Notes under the pieces: model-generated
What the model saw: the letters and a program-made list of their open reading frames with translations, nothing else
Databases searched by the model: none
What the model was told of the DNA's origin: nothing
Shown: positions 26,067 to 38,000 of the stretch, in pieces
Numbering within the stretch: the first letter of the stretch is position 1
How the letters are laid out: each line of letters begins with the position of its first letter
Program-made: the position numbers and the translations under genes
From: Parasitella parasitica NRRL 2501
Taxonomy: Eukaryota > Fungi > Mucoromycota
Direction: 5' to 3'
DNA: 64,000 bases
Assembly (NCBI GenBank): GCA_025201805.1
Contig: MU619268.1
Location: 111,412 to 175,411 of the forward strand

Positions 26067-28487
26067 TTACATGATAGTACATTTGCTGCTCTTTTCTTCA
26101 GCAGGCTTGGATGGCAAAGGCTTTTGCTCAGGAGCAGCAGGCGTCTCTGGATTAACAGGATTGACTTGACTGGCAGCCACAGTGACAGGAACAACTGGTT
26201 CAGGCTTTTGAACAGATGAAGCAGGGATTTTATCTTGAAGAGTGTTTTTAATTTGATCTCGCACAACGGGAATTTCTTGTTGGATTTCAGCAATCTTGTT
26301 TTGAGCGAGTTCTGCAGAATCATTAGCATCCTTTTGAATGGCTAAAGACTGTTCCTTGACTTCCTCGACAGTGCTACCAACAGCCGCCTTGACAGATTCA
26401 GTCTTCTCATCAATATTCTTTTGAACAACAGGAACTTGTTCTTTTGTCTCTTTAACAGTAGCATCAACAATATCCCTGGCGGATTCAGCCTTGCTATCAA
26501 TATTCTTTTGAATAGTGGGCACTTGTGCCTTTGCTTCCTCAATAGTATCCTCCACAGAGGATTTAGCACAATCAACCTTGGTTACAATCTCATTTTGAAC
26601 AATGGGTGCTTGTTCCTTTGCTTCTTTAACAGCAGCAACAACAGCAGCTTTAGCAGCACTTGCACTCTCGACGATGGTATCTTTGGCATTCTGAGCAGTT
26701 ACAGTAACAACGGATTCGGCCTGATTTTCAGTAGAGTCGCCATCGCGTTTGCCAGTATTTTCGCCGCTGGGACTAGAGTTGGAAGACAACAAAGATGCAG
26801 TAGCAGCAGTAGCAGCAGTAGCAGCAGAAACAGCGGCAATTTTGGTAGACTCAGCCAAATTGAGAGCGCTATCCTTGATATCAGAGACAGAGGCAGCTTC
26901 CTCCTTTTTATCGATCATGGCAGATCTGACGGTCTCTGTCAAATTTTGGGCTTGAGCGCCAATATCTTGGACAGCAGTGGCAGGGCTAGTTTCCTCCTTC
27001 TTGGCAGAAGGGTTAGCATTTTCCAAATGAGCATAAACATCAACAGCACGATAACCGACGATAGACTCGGTGGCATAATCAATAGCAGATTGCAAGTCGG
27101 GTTGGAGAGGCTCTTTTTCTGTTTCTGTAGCAACAACAGCAGGAGAAACTTCGGGAACAGTCTCCTCGATTTCCTCAACAACATCTCTTTTAGCTTCAAT
27201 GGCTTCTTCTTTGGTCTCATCAACAGCGGCAGGAGCAGTTTCTGGGACGCTTTCCTTGATCTCCTCTACTACATCTTTCTTGGCTTCAGCAACTACTTCA
27301 TTTGATTCAACAGACTTTTCATTAATTTCTTCAGTAGCAACAGGAGCAACTACGGGAACAGTCTCCTCGATTTCTTCAACAACATCTCTTTTTGCTTCAA
27401 TGGCTTCTTCTTTGGTCTCATCAACAGCGACAGGAGCAGTTTCTGGGACGCTTTCCTTGATCTCCTCTACTACATCTTTCTTGGCTTCAGCAACTACTTC
27501 ATTTGATTCAACAGACTTTTCATTAATTTCTTCAGTAGCAACAGGAGCAACTACGGGAACAACTTCCTTGATTTCCTCAATGACATCTTCCTTGGCCTCA
27601 ACAGCTTTTTCCTTTGTCTCATCGACAGCAGCAGGAGCAACTTCTGGGACACTTTCTTTAATCTCCTCGACAACATCTTCCTTTGCATCGACAGTAGATT
27701 GCTCAGGTTCGGGAGTAAGCACAACTTCGCGAGCTTTTTGCTCAGCCTTTTCAACAACCTCATTCTTTACCTCTGCAGCCTCTTTCTTCACCTCCTCAAC
27801 TTTTTGCTCGACCTTTTCAACAAGAGACGGCTTGTTGGTCTTTTCCAAATAGCTGTAAACGTCGACAGCAGGTGAGCCGACAACCGACTCAACGGCATAG
27901 CTGACAGCGGCAGCTAAATCAACGGAAACAGCCTTTGACTCACCGCCGGTGGAAGCAGGAGCAACTTCTGGAACTTCTCGCTTGATATCTTCAACAACGG
28001 CAGATTTAGCTTCAATAGCTTCTTCTTTAGTTTCATCAACAGCAATGGCTTCAACTTCAGGCACGGACTCCTTGATTTCCTCAACGAGATCAGATTTAGC
28101 TTCAATGGTTTCGGATGCTTGTTTTGTTTCATCATCAGCAGCAGCGGCAGCGGCAGGGGCATTTTCGGGGTTAGACTTGTCAAGATAGGCATACACATCG
28201 ACTGCAGGAGAACTGACAACATTATCGACAGCAGCATGAATAGCATCCTGGAGGTGAGTAGTAGCAGCAGCAGCAGCAGCAGCAGCGGGAGCAGCAGCAA
28301 CAGACTCGGGCTGCTTATCAACAGCAGCATCCGAGGCAGCAGATTCATTCAAATTTAAACCTTGCACGACATTGTCGATGACAGGCTTCTTTGTGCCTTC
28401 GAGATAGGCATAGACATCAATAGCTTTGCTACCGACAGCAGAGTCGATAGCGGCTTGGACAATAGGATTTAACGCGTCTTGAGACAT
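26067..28487 (-). CDS. 806-aa intronless acidic A/E/V/K-rich repetitive protein with C-terminal CaaX box (CTIM)
   Basis: Long ORF with coding-like codon bias and a CT-rich leader. It has four AVDVYAYL-type modules and internal tandem repeats, and ends in KSSKCTIM*. Confidence 0.88.
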   Translation of the reverse strand: MSQDALNPIVQAAIDSAVGSKAIDVYAYLEGTKKPVIDNVVQGLNLNESAASDAAVDKQPESVAAAPAAAAAAAATTHLQDAIHAAVDNVVSSPAVDVYAYLDKSNPENAPAAAAAADDETKQASETIEAKSDLVEEIKESVPEVEAIAVDETKEEAIEAKSAVVEDIKREVPEVAPASTGGESKAVSVDLAAAVSYAVESVVGSPAVDVYSYLEKTNKPSLVEKVEQKVEEVKKEAAEVKNEVVEKAEQKAREVVLTPEPEQSTVDAKEDVVEEIKESVPEVAPAAVDETKEKAVEAKEDVIEEIKEVVPVVAPVATEEINEKSVESNEVVAEAKKDVVEEIKESVPETAPVAVDETKEEAIEAKRDVVEEIEETVPVVAPVATEEINEKSVESNEVVAEAKKDVVEEIKESVPETAPAAVDETKEEAIEAKRDVVEEIEETVPEVSPAVVATETEKEPLQPDLQSAIDYATESIVGYRAVDVYAHLENANPSAKKEETSPATAVQDIGAQAQNLTETVRSAMIDKKEEAASVSDIKDSALNLAESTKIAAVSAATAATAATASLLSSNSSPSGENTGKRDGDSTENQAESVVTVTAQNAKDTIVESASAAKAAVVAAVKEAKEQAPIVQNEIVTKVDCAKSSVEDTIEEAKAQVPTIQKNIDSKAESARDIVDATVKETKEQVPVVQKNIDEKTESVKAAVGSTVEEVKEQSLAIQKDANDSAELAQNKIAEIQQEIPVVRDQIKNTLQDKIPASSVQKPEPVVPVTVAASQVNPVNPETPAAPEQKPLPSKPAEEKSSKCTIM
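27150..27690. repeat. Intragenic tandem repeat: near-perfect 201-bp (67-aa) duplication built from 30- and 37-aa subunits
   Basis: tctgggacgctttccttgatctcctctact occurs at 27241 and 27442 (period 201). The unit EEIKESVPExAPxAVDETKEEAIEAKxDVV recurs. Confidence 0.95.
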
Positions 28488-29428
28488 GACGAAATGAGTA
28501 TAGTGGAAGAAAGAAAGAAAAGAGAGAAAAAGGGCTTCCCAACCTTGGAAAATTTATTGAGAAATTTTTTCATGAATTGAACCTTATTATACAGCCCATT
28601 GTGACGTAAAATGTGTCTATTTATGTGCAATTTAGATGGTTTTGATCACAAGCTTTGTGGAGAAAAAAGTGAATTTCACACACTAGAATTACGATAATTT
28701 ATCAGTGATCAACTTGAGAATGATCACTTTGAATAGCTCAAGTGGAAAAAGAAAAAAAAAAAAAGACAATGCACAATTGGTTGGCATGGTAGTTTGGCGT
28801 ATCTCTCTTTGATGTTCGAATGCGGAGTTGGTGTCATTTAATGCATGTGATAATATCAATACACAAGCTTGTTGCAAAAACCTCGGGATGATGGAAACCA
28901 AAAGACCTCGTCAGAACTTTTTGTATTGAAGCATTAATATCCAAACACCACAAATCAACAAAACAACGTTATAGGTTTACGTTACTGTCAGCAGGAAATA
29001 GCATCATGATGACGCTTTTTTTGATACACAGATGCCAAATAGTAGTAATCCACAATCAATCCAAAGTTTCGCGCCCTTGTATCTGTTTGCGTGTTATACT
29101 ATTTTTCTGAATATTTGCCATTTTCACTGCAATGCAAACATTATTGATTTTTAAGGGCGAGAAACAAAAGGCTTTCGTCGTGGCCGAGCAATACTATTGA
29201 GATGAACGCCGCGCCTGCATACGACTACATCGACTGCAACAATAAGAAAATGTTGCATCGATTCAATTTGAGGGATTCACATTTTATTTTGAAGCAGCAA
29301 AGCACGATTTCGGATGTGAATACGCGCGCTCTACAGTCAGATGAAGCAAGAGATGCATTACAAAAATAGTTGGCTCGTCCTTCTTTTTTGCTGCAAAAGA
29401 TGCATGTCGTAGCATTCATTGGGTTTTA

Positions 29429-29891
29429 TTATAAATCATTAAATCTATATTTTGCTCGTTTAATACTAATCAAAAATTCTTTAGGGTCAGTGGAAGTGTC
29501 ATGGTAACCGATGGGTCCGAGATCGCAATCAGCACAAGAAAGGTATTTAGTGGTGCCAACTGTAATGGAGAACCCGACGTTTTCAAAATCCATCATGTTG
29601 CCAACATGCCAAAAATGATCATCAGTGCTTTCTTGCAGTAAGTTATCGGCTGGCGAGGTTGATTCTGGTAAAACAAGCTGCTCCGTTTATTGTTAGGAAA
29701 GTCATTCTTTGCGCTGCAGCTTGTCTTGAACTTACCTTGCTCCCATCTCTCTCGACAAGAGTAGCCGTATATTTTTTCAGAATAACACATTTGCAGCCCT
29801 CTTTAGGGCAAAGAACATCAGCAGAGTTTTTTCCTGACTCATCCACGAGTTTTTCAAGTGGATTCTCCATGTTATTGTACGCTTCTGTCAT
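29429..29891 (-). CDS. MSS4: Mss4/RABIF-like Rab-interacting zinc-binding protein (2 exons)
   Basis: DVLCPKEGCKCVIL in exon 1; FWHVGNMMDFENVGFS and KYLSCADCDLGPIGYH in exon 2 (the Mss4/Dss4 signature). The intron starts at 29735. Confidence 0.92.
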
Positions 29892-30388
29892 TATGCCTGT
29901 TCAGACTTCAACCGTGTCCAGAGAGAAAGAAAACCAAGTGTAAAACTGAGTTTGTTTCGACTGATACTTGCTTGTTCAACCTTTTTTTTTTAAAAAAAAA
30001 AAGGTCTGATTCCAACACACTTGAAAAAACGTTATCATGCTTTTTGTTTCTCATAAAAGGAGGTAAACAGCTATCACTGCCTTTGAAACGCACGAGTGAA
30101 TATATTATTTTCTAGGCTGCTTGCTTGCATTCGCTATTAATGTTAGGTGTGAATGGTCTACAAGACACTTCTACACAGACTACTGTATAACATGACGTGG
30201 TGCACCATGTGGAGGAGTCTTTTAAACGCTTAATACCGCTTTAGTATAAAACAGTGATGAGTTGTGTTAGTTTACCTGAGGTATACGATATTTGTAGTCG
30301 AGCCGCAAATTGGTATAAAAAAAAAAAGCAATGATTATTTTAATAGAAGCAAACTAATTACAAAACAAAATGTCGATATAAACACAAT

Positions 30389-32442
30389 TTAATCATCCTT
30401 GAAGGAAGTAATAACTTCGCCTTGTTGAATCAGTTCAGCAGCCTCAAGACCATTCAAGACAGCAGGACCAGGACATTTATCAGGCGCAAAATGAACGATA
30501 AAATCTCCAGGAACATAACGATAGGGAAGTGTATTGAAAGTATGATCATCGTTCTCCAGCAAAAGGGTACGCTCTTTGTATCCAGGCAATTGGATTAAAT
30601 CCCACATGGCACCTTGTTCATAAGAAGGACCTTGATTGTACCATTTCGCGGAATCTTGGACAGCATTCAAAAACTTTTGAGCCCACTCTGTGTTACGCAT
30701 AAAGAACACACCCGCATTGATCATTTTGTCTTTGGTGGGCTTGGCAATCACCAAATCGATGTTCTTTTCGAAACCACGCGGGCCATCTGGGTATTTAGCA
30801 CGTAAATCATCGAGAATACCTTGTACTGTCTTTTCAGGATTCATAATAACAGCATCCATATCCATCCAAAAGAGCCAATCGTATTTGGGAAGCACCTTTT
30901 GCACAGCATCAATCTTGCCCCAAACAGTTCTACGCTTGATAGCTCTTAATCCTTGTTGTGCAAATTCGTTGGAGCGAGCAACAAAGGCATAGTTGTGAGC
31001 CATAGCATACTGACGCTTATTGTCAGCAGCTAAAGCAGCAGAGGGTTCCATGCAGCTGTCGGGATAAATGAAGGATGATGTGATAACAGCAATACTGGCC
31101 TTTTCCAATGGCTTACAGAGAGACGCAACGCCTACATTCAAAGTCTTTGCAACAGCGGCAAAATCAGAATCTTGGTAGATATTTGAAACAGCAATAGTCA
31201 TATCTGAAATGGACTCTATATTGTTGCCCCAAACAATGAAGCGGTCTTGACCGGCGATAAAAATAGGCAGGTCGTTTTTGAAGGCTTGCAGACGCTCAAC
31301 CTCCTTTTTAGCTGTGATATGGTTGAGTTGGACAGTAACGGATCTGTAAAACTCATAGAAGTTTGTCATTAAAGAAGTGTCACCCTCAGTGACAACATCC
31401 TTCATGTCAACTTCACGCTGCAACAGCTTTTTAACAGCATCTACACCAGCCACAAGAACGTTGCTATTCTTTGGAGATACCCAAGCAATATCATTTGCAG
31501 TCTTTCCAACCTCCCACATTTTACCTACTTCGGATTGAATTTGCTGTTGAATGTAGTTGAGCTGGACAAGTGAATAGCCATCTTGAATAATCAGATAATC
31601 ATAAGTTACGCCTCTTTCGCTTAAAGTTGAGTCAACCTGTATTTTGTTATTTTTAGTACANNNNNNNNNNNNNNNNNNNNNNNNNAAAAAAGAGAACTAT
31701 CAAATAATCGTATAATGCCTACCCATTTCAAGATTTCGTCTTGGTTGTATGCCTTGGTATCGACTTTTTCCAAATCATTCCACTCCATCTTTTCAGTCTC
31801 ATACAAACGGCGTTCAGGGGTTTTAGCAGCGGGCTCGTCACCGTAAATCCAGAAGAGGTAATTCAAGCCCTTATCTCTCTTCATACAAGGCTCAATATTG
31901 TCATCCAAGCCAAAGTAAGTACTACGGATCAATTGTCGACGACTTAAATTAGTAGCTCGAGAGGCAATCACCATAAAGTATTTAAAATGTTGGGGTTGCA
32001 TCTTGACAGTAGCAACAGGTGTGCTTGGTCTTTTACCGCTGCTAGTTTTGGGAGTGGTGGCGATAGCATCAGTGGTGGTGGGGTTTATAGTAGGTACAGC
32101 TTCTTTTTGAATTTCTTCATTTAAAGCCTCCTCTTCATCCACTTGATTCGCTTCTTCTTCATCTTCAGCCTCCAAGCCGACTTTTGTCGAGGCTGCAATA
32201 TCATCTCCAGACATTCCAGATTTCTGGCTATCTGGACTGATACCAGTCGCATCATCAGGAACATGAGTAGAGATATTTGAGCTTGAGCTGTCTAAATCAG
32301 CGTTGAACCATAAAACGAAAAATATGGCAACCAGTAACAAGCAGAATATAGTTCTCTTCTTTCGACCAAAACGAGCAGCACCAAGCAAGGATGAATTTTC
32401 AGGTCTGGCGTTGTTTGGAAAAGGCAAATCTGAGCTTGCCAT
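30389..32442 (-). CDS. Golgi type II glycosyltransferase: degenerate GT31-like domain fused to GT34 (GMA12/MNN10) domain, 2 exons
   Basis: N-terminal TM and stem. GT34 motifs are NKRQYAMAHNY, VWGKIDAV, YDWLFWMDMDA, INAGVFFMRNTEW, YEQGAM and GDFIVHFA. The middle region has MVIASRATNLSRRQLIRSTY. Confidence 0.88.
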
Positions 32443-32898
32443 CTGAAATAAATAGATATAAAGTGGAAATAAAAAAATAAAAAAAAGAGTGGAAAAAAGG
32501 GCGTTAAAGTCAAGCAGTCTGTTTATAATTTTGCGGGGCACACGAACAGGGTAAAAATTAGACATTGGGGATATTTTTAGCAACTAATTTGCAACTGCTT
32601 TTTTGGTGGTGAGAGGCTTCCTTTTGAGCTCCATTTTAATGCTCGTGGCTTATTTTTAAAAAAAAAAAAGTTGTTCAGTGTGCCTGATCAAGAGAGATCA
32701 TCCCAGCTGAGATCCGGACATTAGGGACATTATATACAAATTAATGCAAGCAGATGGGAAGGTAAGTGAAACTATTACGCGAGAAAAGGTGTGAGAAGTC
32801 TGTGTTGAATTGCTTATATTCAGATGACAAAAACTATAAATATGTGCCAAATCGCCATTATTTTTCTCTTTACTGTTCATTTTAAAAATAAAAAAAAA

Positions 32899-33899
32899 AT
32901 GTCCTCTCTCGGCCGTGGTGTATTCGTTCCTGTACCTACCTTTTTCAAAGAAAATGAGGATCTTGATTTAGATGCCTTTGATAAGCATGTCGAGTATTTA
33001 GCCAATTCAGGAATTGCTGGTATTGTTGTATTGGGTTCAATGGGCGAAGCTGTGAATTTATCTGAACAGGAAAGAGCTCAAGTCATTCAACAATGCTCAG
33101 AAAGTGTCAAGAAACACAATCCTAATTTGAAGATCATTGCCGGTACCTCCAGCCAAAGTGCTAGAAACACTATCTCCTACACTAAACAAGCTGCTGAAGC
33201 TGGAGCAGGTTACGCTTTAATTCTGCCGCCTTCATTCTATAAGGGATCCCTGGATCACGATGCCTTGTACCGGTTTTATACATCAGTGGCAGATCAATCT
33301 CCTCTACCTGTTGTCATTTACAATTATCCTGGCGTTTGTCAAGGTCTTGACTTGAGTATCCCTTTGTTGGTTGAACTGTCAAAGCATGCCAATATTGTTG
33401 GTGTGAAGGGGACTGACGGAAATGTTGGTAAAATGGCCAACTTGGTCAATAAAACCAATCCCAAAGGTTTGCTTTTAAAATGTGGTTGTGTGGTTGCCAT
33501 GACAACAATTATGCTGACGGTTTATGTGATGTAGAGTTTACTTTGTTGGCTGGCTCTGTTGACTTCTTTTTACCTGAATTGATTATTGGTGCAGTAGGGC
33601 TGATTCCAGGGGCAGGCAATGTCTTTCCTGCACTTTGTGCTCAAGTTCAAACGCTGTATGAAGAAAACAGGCTTCAAGAAGCCATTGCATTACAAAGAAA
33701 GCTTGTCGAAGCCGATGATGCCCTTTGTAGATGGCATGGCATTCCTGGCACAAAGAGTTTTATACAAAAAAAGATGGGCTACGGCAATGGCATATGTCGC
33801 AATCCGCTCCAAAAGGTGGCTCAAGTGAATGCAGATGCAATTCAGGCAGCTGTAGATGCTGCATGGACATTAGAGCAAGAGTATCGTTTATCCAAATAA
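32899..33899 (+). CDS. DHDPS/NAL-family class I aldolase (HOGA1/LGA1-like), 2 exons
   Basis: GVFVPVPTFF, LGSMGEAVNLS, IIAGT, VADQSPLPVVIYNYP, and Schiff-base Lys in NIVGVKGT. Intron 33467-33534. Confidence 0.92.
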
Positions 33900-34121
33900 A
33901 TACAAACTTGTCACATGTAGCAAAAGAAAAAATTTTCCGTTTAAAATCCCCAGGATATTGTCCGGTTCATACCACTTTCCTTATCTTTTTTTTTTTTTCC
34001 ATTCAAACACTTTTTTTTCAATTTACTTGAACCATCTTCTATTTCAACTACTCCAGGCCGGACGTATCGATAGCTGCATTTTATTTTGAAATATAAATAA
34101 AAAATCAAAAAATATACAATC

Positions 34122-35614
34122 ATGGACACATCTTCACAACCACCACCACCACAACCGCAGGGAGAAAACTACGCAAATCAACAGCAAGAAGACTGCAGCA
34201 TTTTATCACCCACCTTGGCAGATATATTAAGCGACGATCGCATCTTGAGGTTCTATCAATGCGTCAAAGATATCAAGACTCAAGGCTCTCCCAAGCAAAC
34301 TGGCAGCATGTTCTTTGCTCTCTGCCACGCTCTCGGCGACACCGTCTCATTTTTAAAAGTGCCAAACATGTCCAAGATCATGTTTAGACAAGAGCAACAG
34401 ATTTTCGCCGTCAATGTAGCTGGGACCCAACACGATACAGTCGTATTTGAACAACAGCCTCCACCTCAAGATCAATTGCAACACCAACAGCATCAGGATG
34501 CCCCATCTCTTGAGCCGCTCAAGATTGCCGGTAGCACTACCGGTTTAATGCATGATGTGGGTAGCACCCACTCATCAAATATCTACTCCACCGTTGCCGC
34601 CGATGGATCGCCTCAGCATCTTCTTCAAGCGGCTCTAGCGTCGGTCTCTGCTCCTCACATAGATACACGTATGGTCAATGCCACACCTCCTCCTCCAACA
34701 AAGAGAAAGGGTAATAATGAAAACAAGGATGGCGTAAAGAGAGCAAAGAAGGCTTCTCCTAGAGACAAAGAATACCCTGTTAGACGTACGTATATCATGC
34801 GAATTTAGCGCCAATGGCTCACAAAATCTACTAATACTCAGGTAATGAGGTTATCCAAGATCTGCTCAAAGTCTCAGAGGCTGATCTAATGCACCAAGCA
34901 AATATTGTGGATAGTGAAGTGAAATTAATCATTCAAGGTCACGAGCGTTCGACGAAACTTGGGATGCTTTCTCCTATCGATCGTTTCTCTGCTTTTGCAA
35001 ATTTACTGGCCCATTTCGATTGTGATTTCGCTCCGAAAAACGCAGGTGTCTATTACAACTACGAATATTTTCAACTGTATTTGGCGTATCGTGATTTGGA
35101 GGCAGAGAAACAGCAACAACAGCAGATGGAAGGCGGCGACCCTCGACCTATTCTCGCTCAATGTCGAACTGAAATCGAAAAAGTCCTTGTAAATACTAAT
35201 TGGGAAGCTATTCGTCGTCGTTTGACTATTGGTGAGCGCATCTGTCAAGTCTGTGGTGTTGTTGGCCGTGGCTTTTTACTCCTGAGCAAGCAAGTATCTG
35301 GCCGCAAATTGTTACACAACTTCAACACTGGTGAGTGGGGTGAGTTTATGCGGGAGTTCCAAAGACCTGAAAATAAACCCTTATTGGAGACACTCCAAAC
35401 AAAATACTCCTCAGAGAGATTTTATGGTTCGCGTCAAGAAATAGTTCCCGTGGACAACACAAACGAGATCATTGCAGAGAGATTAAGTGAAGCCCGTCAA
35501 GGGATTGCCCCTGCTGACAACACTAATGAAACTATCGCTGAAACATTTAATGCTCATAATCAAGAAATCCCCCCCACTGACGACTCTGAAGAAGCGGTTA
35601 AAAAAACAGAATAA
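34122..35614 (+). CDS. Uncharacterised protein (possible nuclear protein), 2 exons
   Basis: Two long ORFs joined by a short GT-AG intron (~34787-34841). Basic cluster KRK...KRAKK and a globular-looking C-terminal domain. No family recognised. Confidence 0.75.
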
Positions 35615-36228
35615 TCTTTGGTAAAAACATTTGACATATATATATAAAGCATATATACATATTTATACAATAAAATCAATGGCGGTGTTTATGCGCTGAT
35701 TGATTGGATAGAACATATATTATATATGGCATCTTGCTTATTTTTAAAGTTCGAATGCAGTTGAAGCGGATCAAATCGTCGGCTATCCCTGTTATTCACC
35801 ACAAGAATGGCGGCTTTTGTTCCAATGTCATATTGTAAGCTTTGGGTTCTGGGGCCATCGTGGTCCAGCGTCTAATTGTACGGACTGCTTGGCCAAAATC
35901 AGGTTGTTTGCTATTTTGCAATGCGTTCTATTATTTACCATCTACACTAAATTCAAGGGTTTTGAAGTGTCCTTTGCTTGCTTGCTTGTTTGGTGGTAAA
36001 AGTCCCTCAGGCACACAGGCACACAGGCACATAGGCACACACATCATGTCATGCATTTTATTAAGCCATATATACAAGAGCAGGCTTGTAGAAAGCTTTA
36101 TATGGTCATTGTTTAGACAAGTCTCAGAGTCAATACTATCAATAATAATTACATTTTGTTAGCAGAGCTTATGATGTAGTAGAAAAAAGTGCAATTATCA
36201 AAAAATCTATTATTTTATAAGAAATAAA

Positions 36229-38000
36229 TCAAAGAATGCCCTGTCTCTTGAGATCTTCGTAAGTCTTTTTGTTATACACATTCCCTTCTCCATCCTCGTA
36301 TTCCTCGACTGTGTCAGCCCTGACTTCCTCACTAACACCCTCCTTCTTTTGTTTTTCATACACTAATTTGAATGGAGCAATTAGAATAGCAATCAAGAGC
36401 CTTTTGAAATAACAAGACTTACATGCATAGGCATCATCAATTTTTGTAATTTCATGAAACTGCCTAGTGTTGGGTATGCCTAAACAGCGCATGCCATGTG
36501 CATGTCTCCACTCTTGGAAATGCTTATCAAACGCCTTTCTACCCATATACACATAATTACCACAGATTTCGCAAGGATATTCAACACCTAGCCCATGGAG
36601 CTTGTAAAGCCAGTATGGGATCGGCTTGCCATCCCAACCAAGTGGTAGTTTCAGCGGGTTGTAAATCTTTTCGTCGCCTTCATCATCAGAGTCTTGGTCA
36701 ATAAGCTCAACTTTTTCTTTATCTTGCTCCAGCTGTCATTTTTGTTAGCAGCAGGTCAGATTCATCTGCTTTCGTACCACTTACAAGACGCTCTTTATCT
36801 GTTAATGCCTGTTTTCTTTCAACGTTTGATTTGCTTTCCTCTCTAAAATCAGCTAATGCCTCTGCGTATTTTTCAATCAAACGTTCTTTCCAAGCAATGG
36901 CTTTTCTCTTGTCATCTTTGACAACAACAGTGTTGTTATTGACGGTCTGTTCTTCCTCTAACTTCTTTTGTGCTTTGATATGTTTTTTAGCTGTTAAATG
37001 AGCATCGTACACAGTCTTTTTGGAGAATTGTTTCTGGCAGGCAGGGCAAAATAATTCTTCATTCTTGGTATCAACTTGCTCCCAACCTTTCAGCTGACCC
37101 AACTCCCATTGTGTGTCGAATTCGTCGAGTGCTTCGTCTTCCAATTCGGCAATGTTGTAAAGAGGTTTTGCTCTACGGAAGAAACTATGAAGGTAATCAA
37201 ACAGACTATTGATGTACGTCTTGTATCCGTCGGTTGCTTTGATAGTTTTGGGATAGTTTGTAGCAAAATGATCAAATTCGCTCAAGTATTGCAGGTAGTC
37301 TAACTTTTTGACTCCCTTCAAATTGATATAGAGTGTATGGAGTGTGTTCAAATCGAGATATCTGCCGAGACTTTCTTCACCAGAAAACATGTTTTCCAAT
37401 TCTGCTGGATAGTTTAGATTTTGCTTGTTAATAAATCATTCTCTTTTCTGCAAACTACCTTGAAAATCCTCTTCGTCTTTCTTTTGGGTGGTGTGAATGT
37501 ACTCCATCTCTGGTGGCTCTACTGTCTCGTTGGGATATTTACGATGATGTTCTTTGATGACCTTGAGACGCTCGTAGAACTCGCTGAATTCTGAAGAGCC
37601 TGTAAGTGCATCCATTTCTGAATTACGAAGCCTAATAGCAGCAGCAGCAGCAGCAAAAAAAAAAAAAAAACAAAAAAAAAAAGAAAGGTTATTTACTCGC
37701 GTTCATGCTGATATAACGGCATTATAGATGATTTACCCATTCTTATCTTGATACAGCTCAGATAGATATGCGCTTTTATCGGCTATGCGAGTCAAGAATT
37801 TATCGACTACGTGTTCATTATAAAGCTTTTCGCGATGAGTCTTTGCATCGTCCATGTATTGATCAACGATGGCTTGTTCAAGACGTTCCAGATCCTCATG
37901 CACACTGTGTTTATAGGAACAAAAAGTCAATATACATTACATGTCCCACCTATGGAAATAAGATGACATACGCTCTTTGCTTTTCAAGTACGTTATCCAT
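36229..38000 (-). CDS. SF3A3: Splicing factor 3A subunit 3 (SF3a60/Prp9), multi-exon
   Basis: [11 protein letters not shown]; [13 protein letters not shown]; [18 protein letters not shown]; [24 protein letters not shown]; CEICGN; [18 protein letters not shown]; [15 protein letters not shown]. Confidence 0.97.

Noticed and set aside
26421-28358. Long plus-strand ORFs (294 aa, 217 aa)
   Set aside because: Antisense shadows of the codon-biased repetitive gene.
7907-28487. Apparent cAMP/PKA-themed cluster (GPCR-like gene, RRxS orphan, AKAP-like protein)
   Set aside because: The genes are separated by unrelated loci and each PKA link is itself speculative, so this is not supportable as a cluster.
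30255-30280. GTGATGA...CTGA resembling C/D snoRNA boxes
   Set aside because: The spacing is too short, there is no terminal D box or stem, and I recognised no rRNA/snRNA complement.
36010-36041. Four copies of GGCACAYA
   Set aside because: A short simple repeat with no spacers; not CRISPR-like and no evidence of function.
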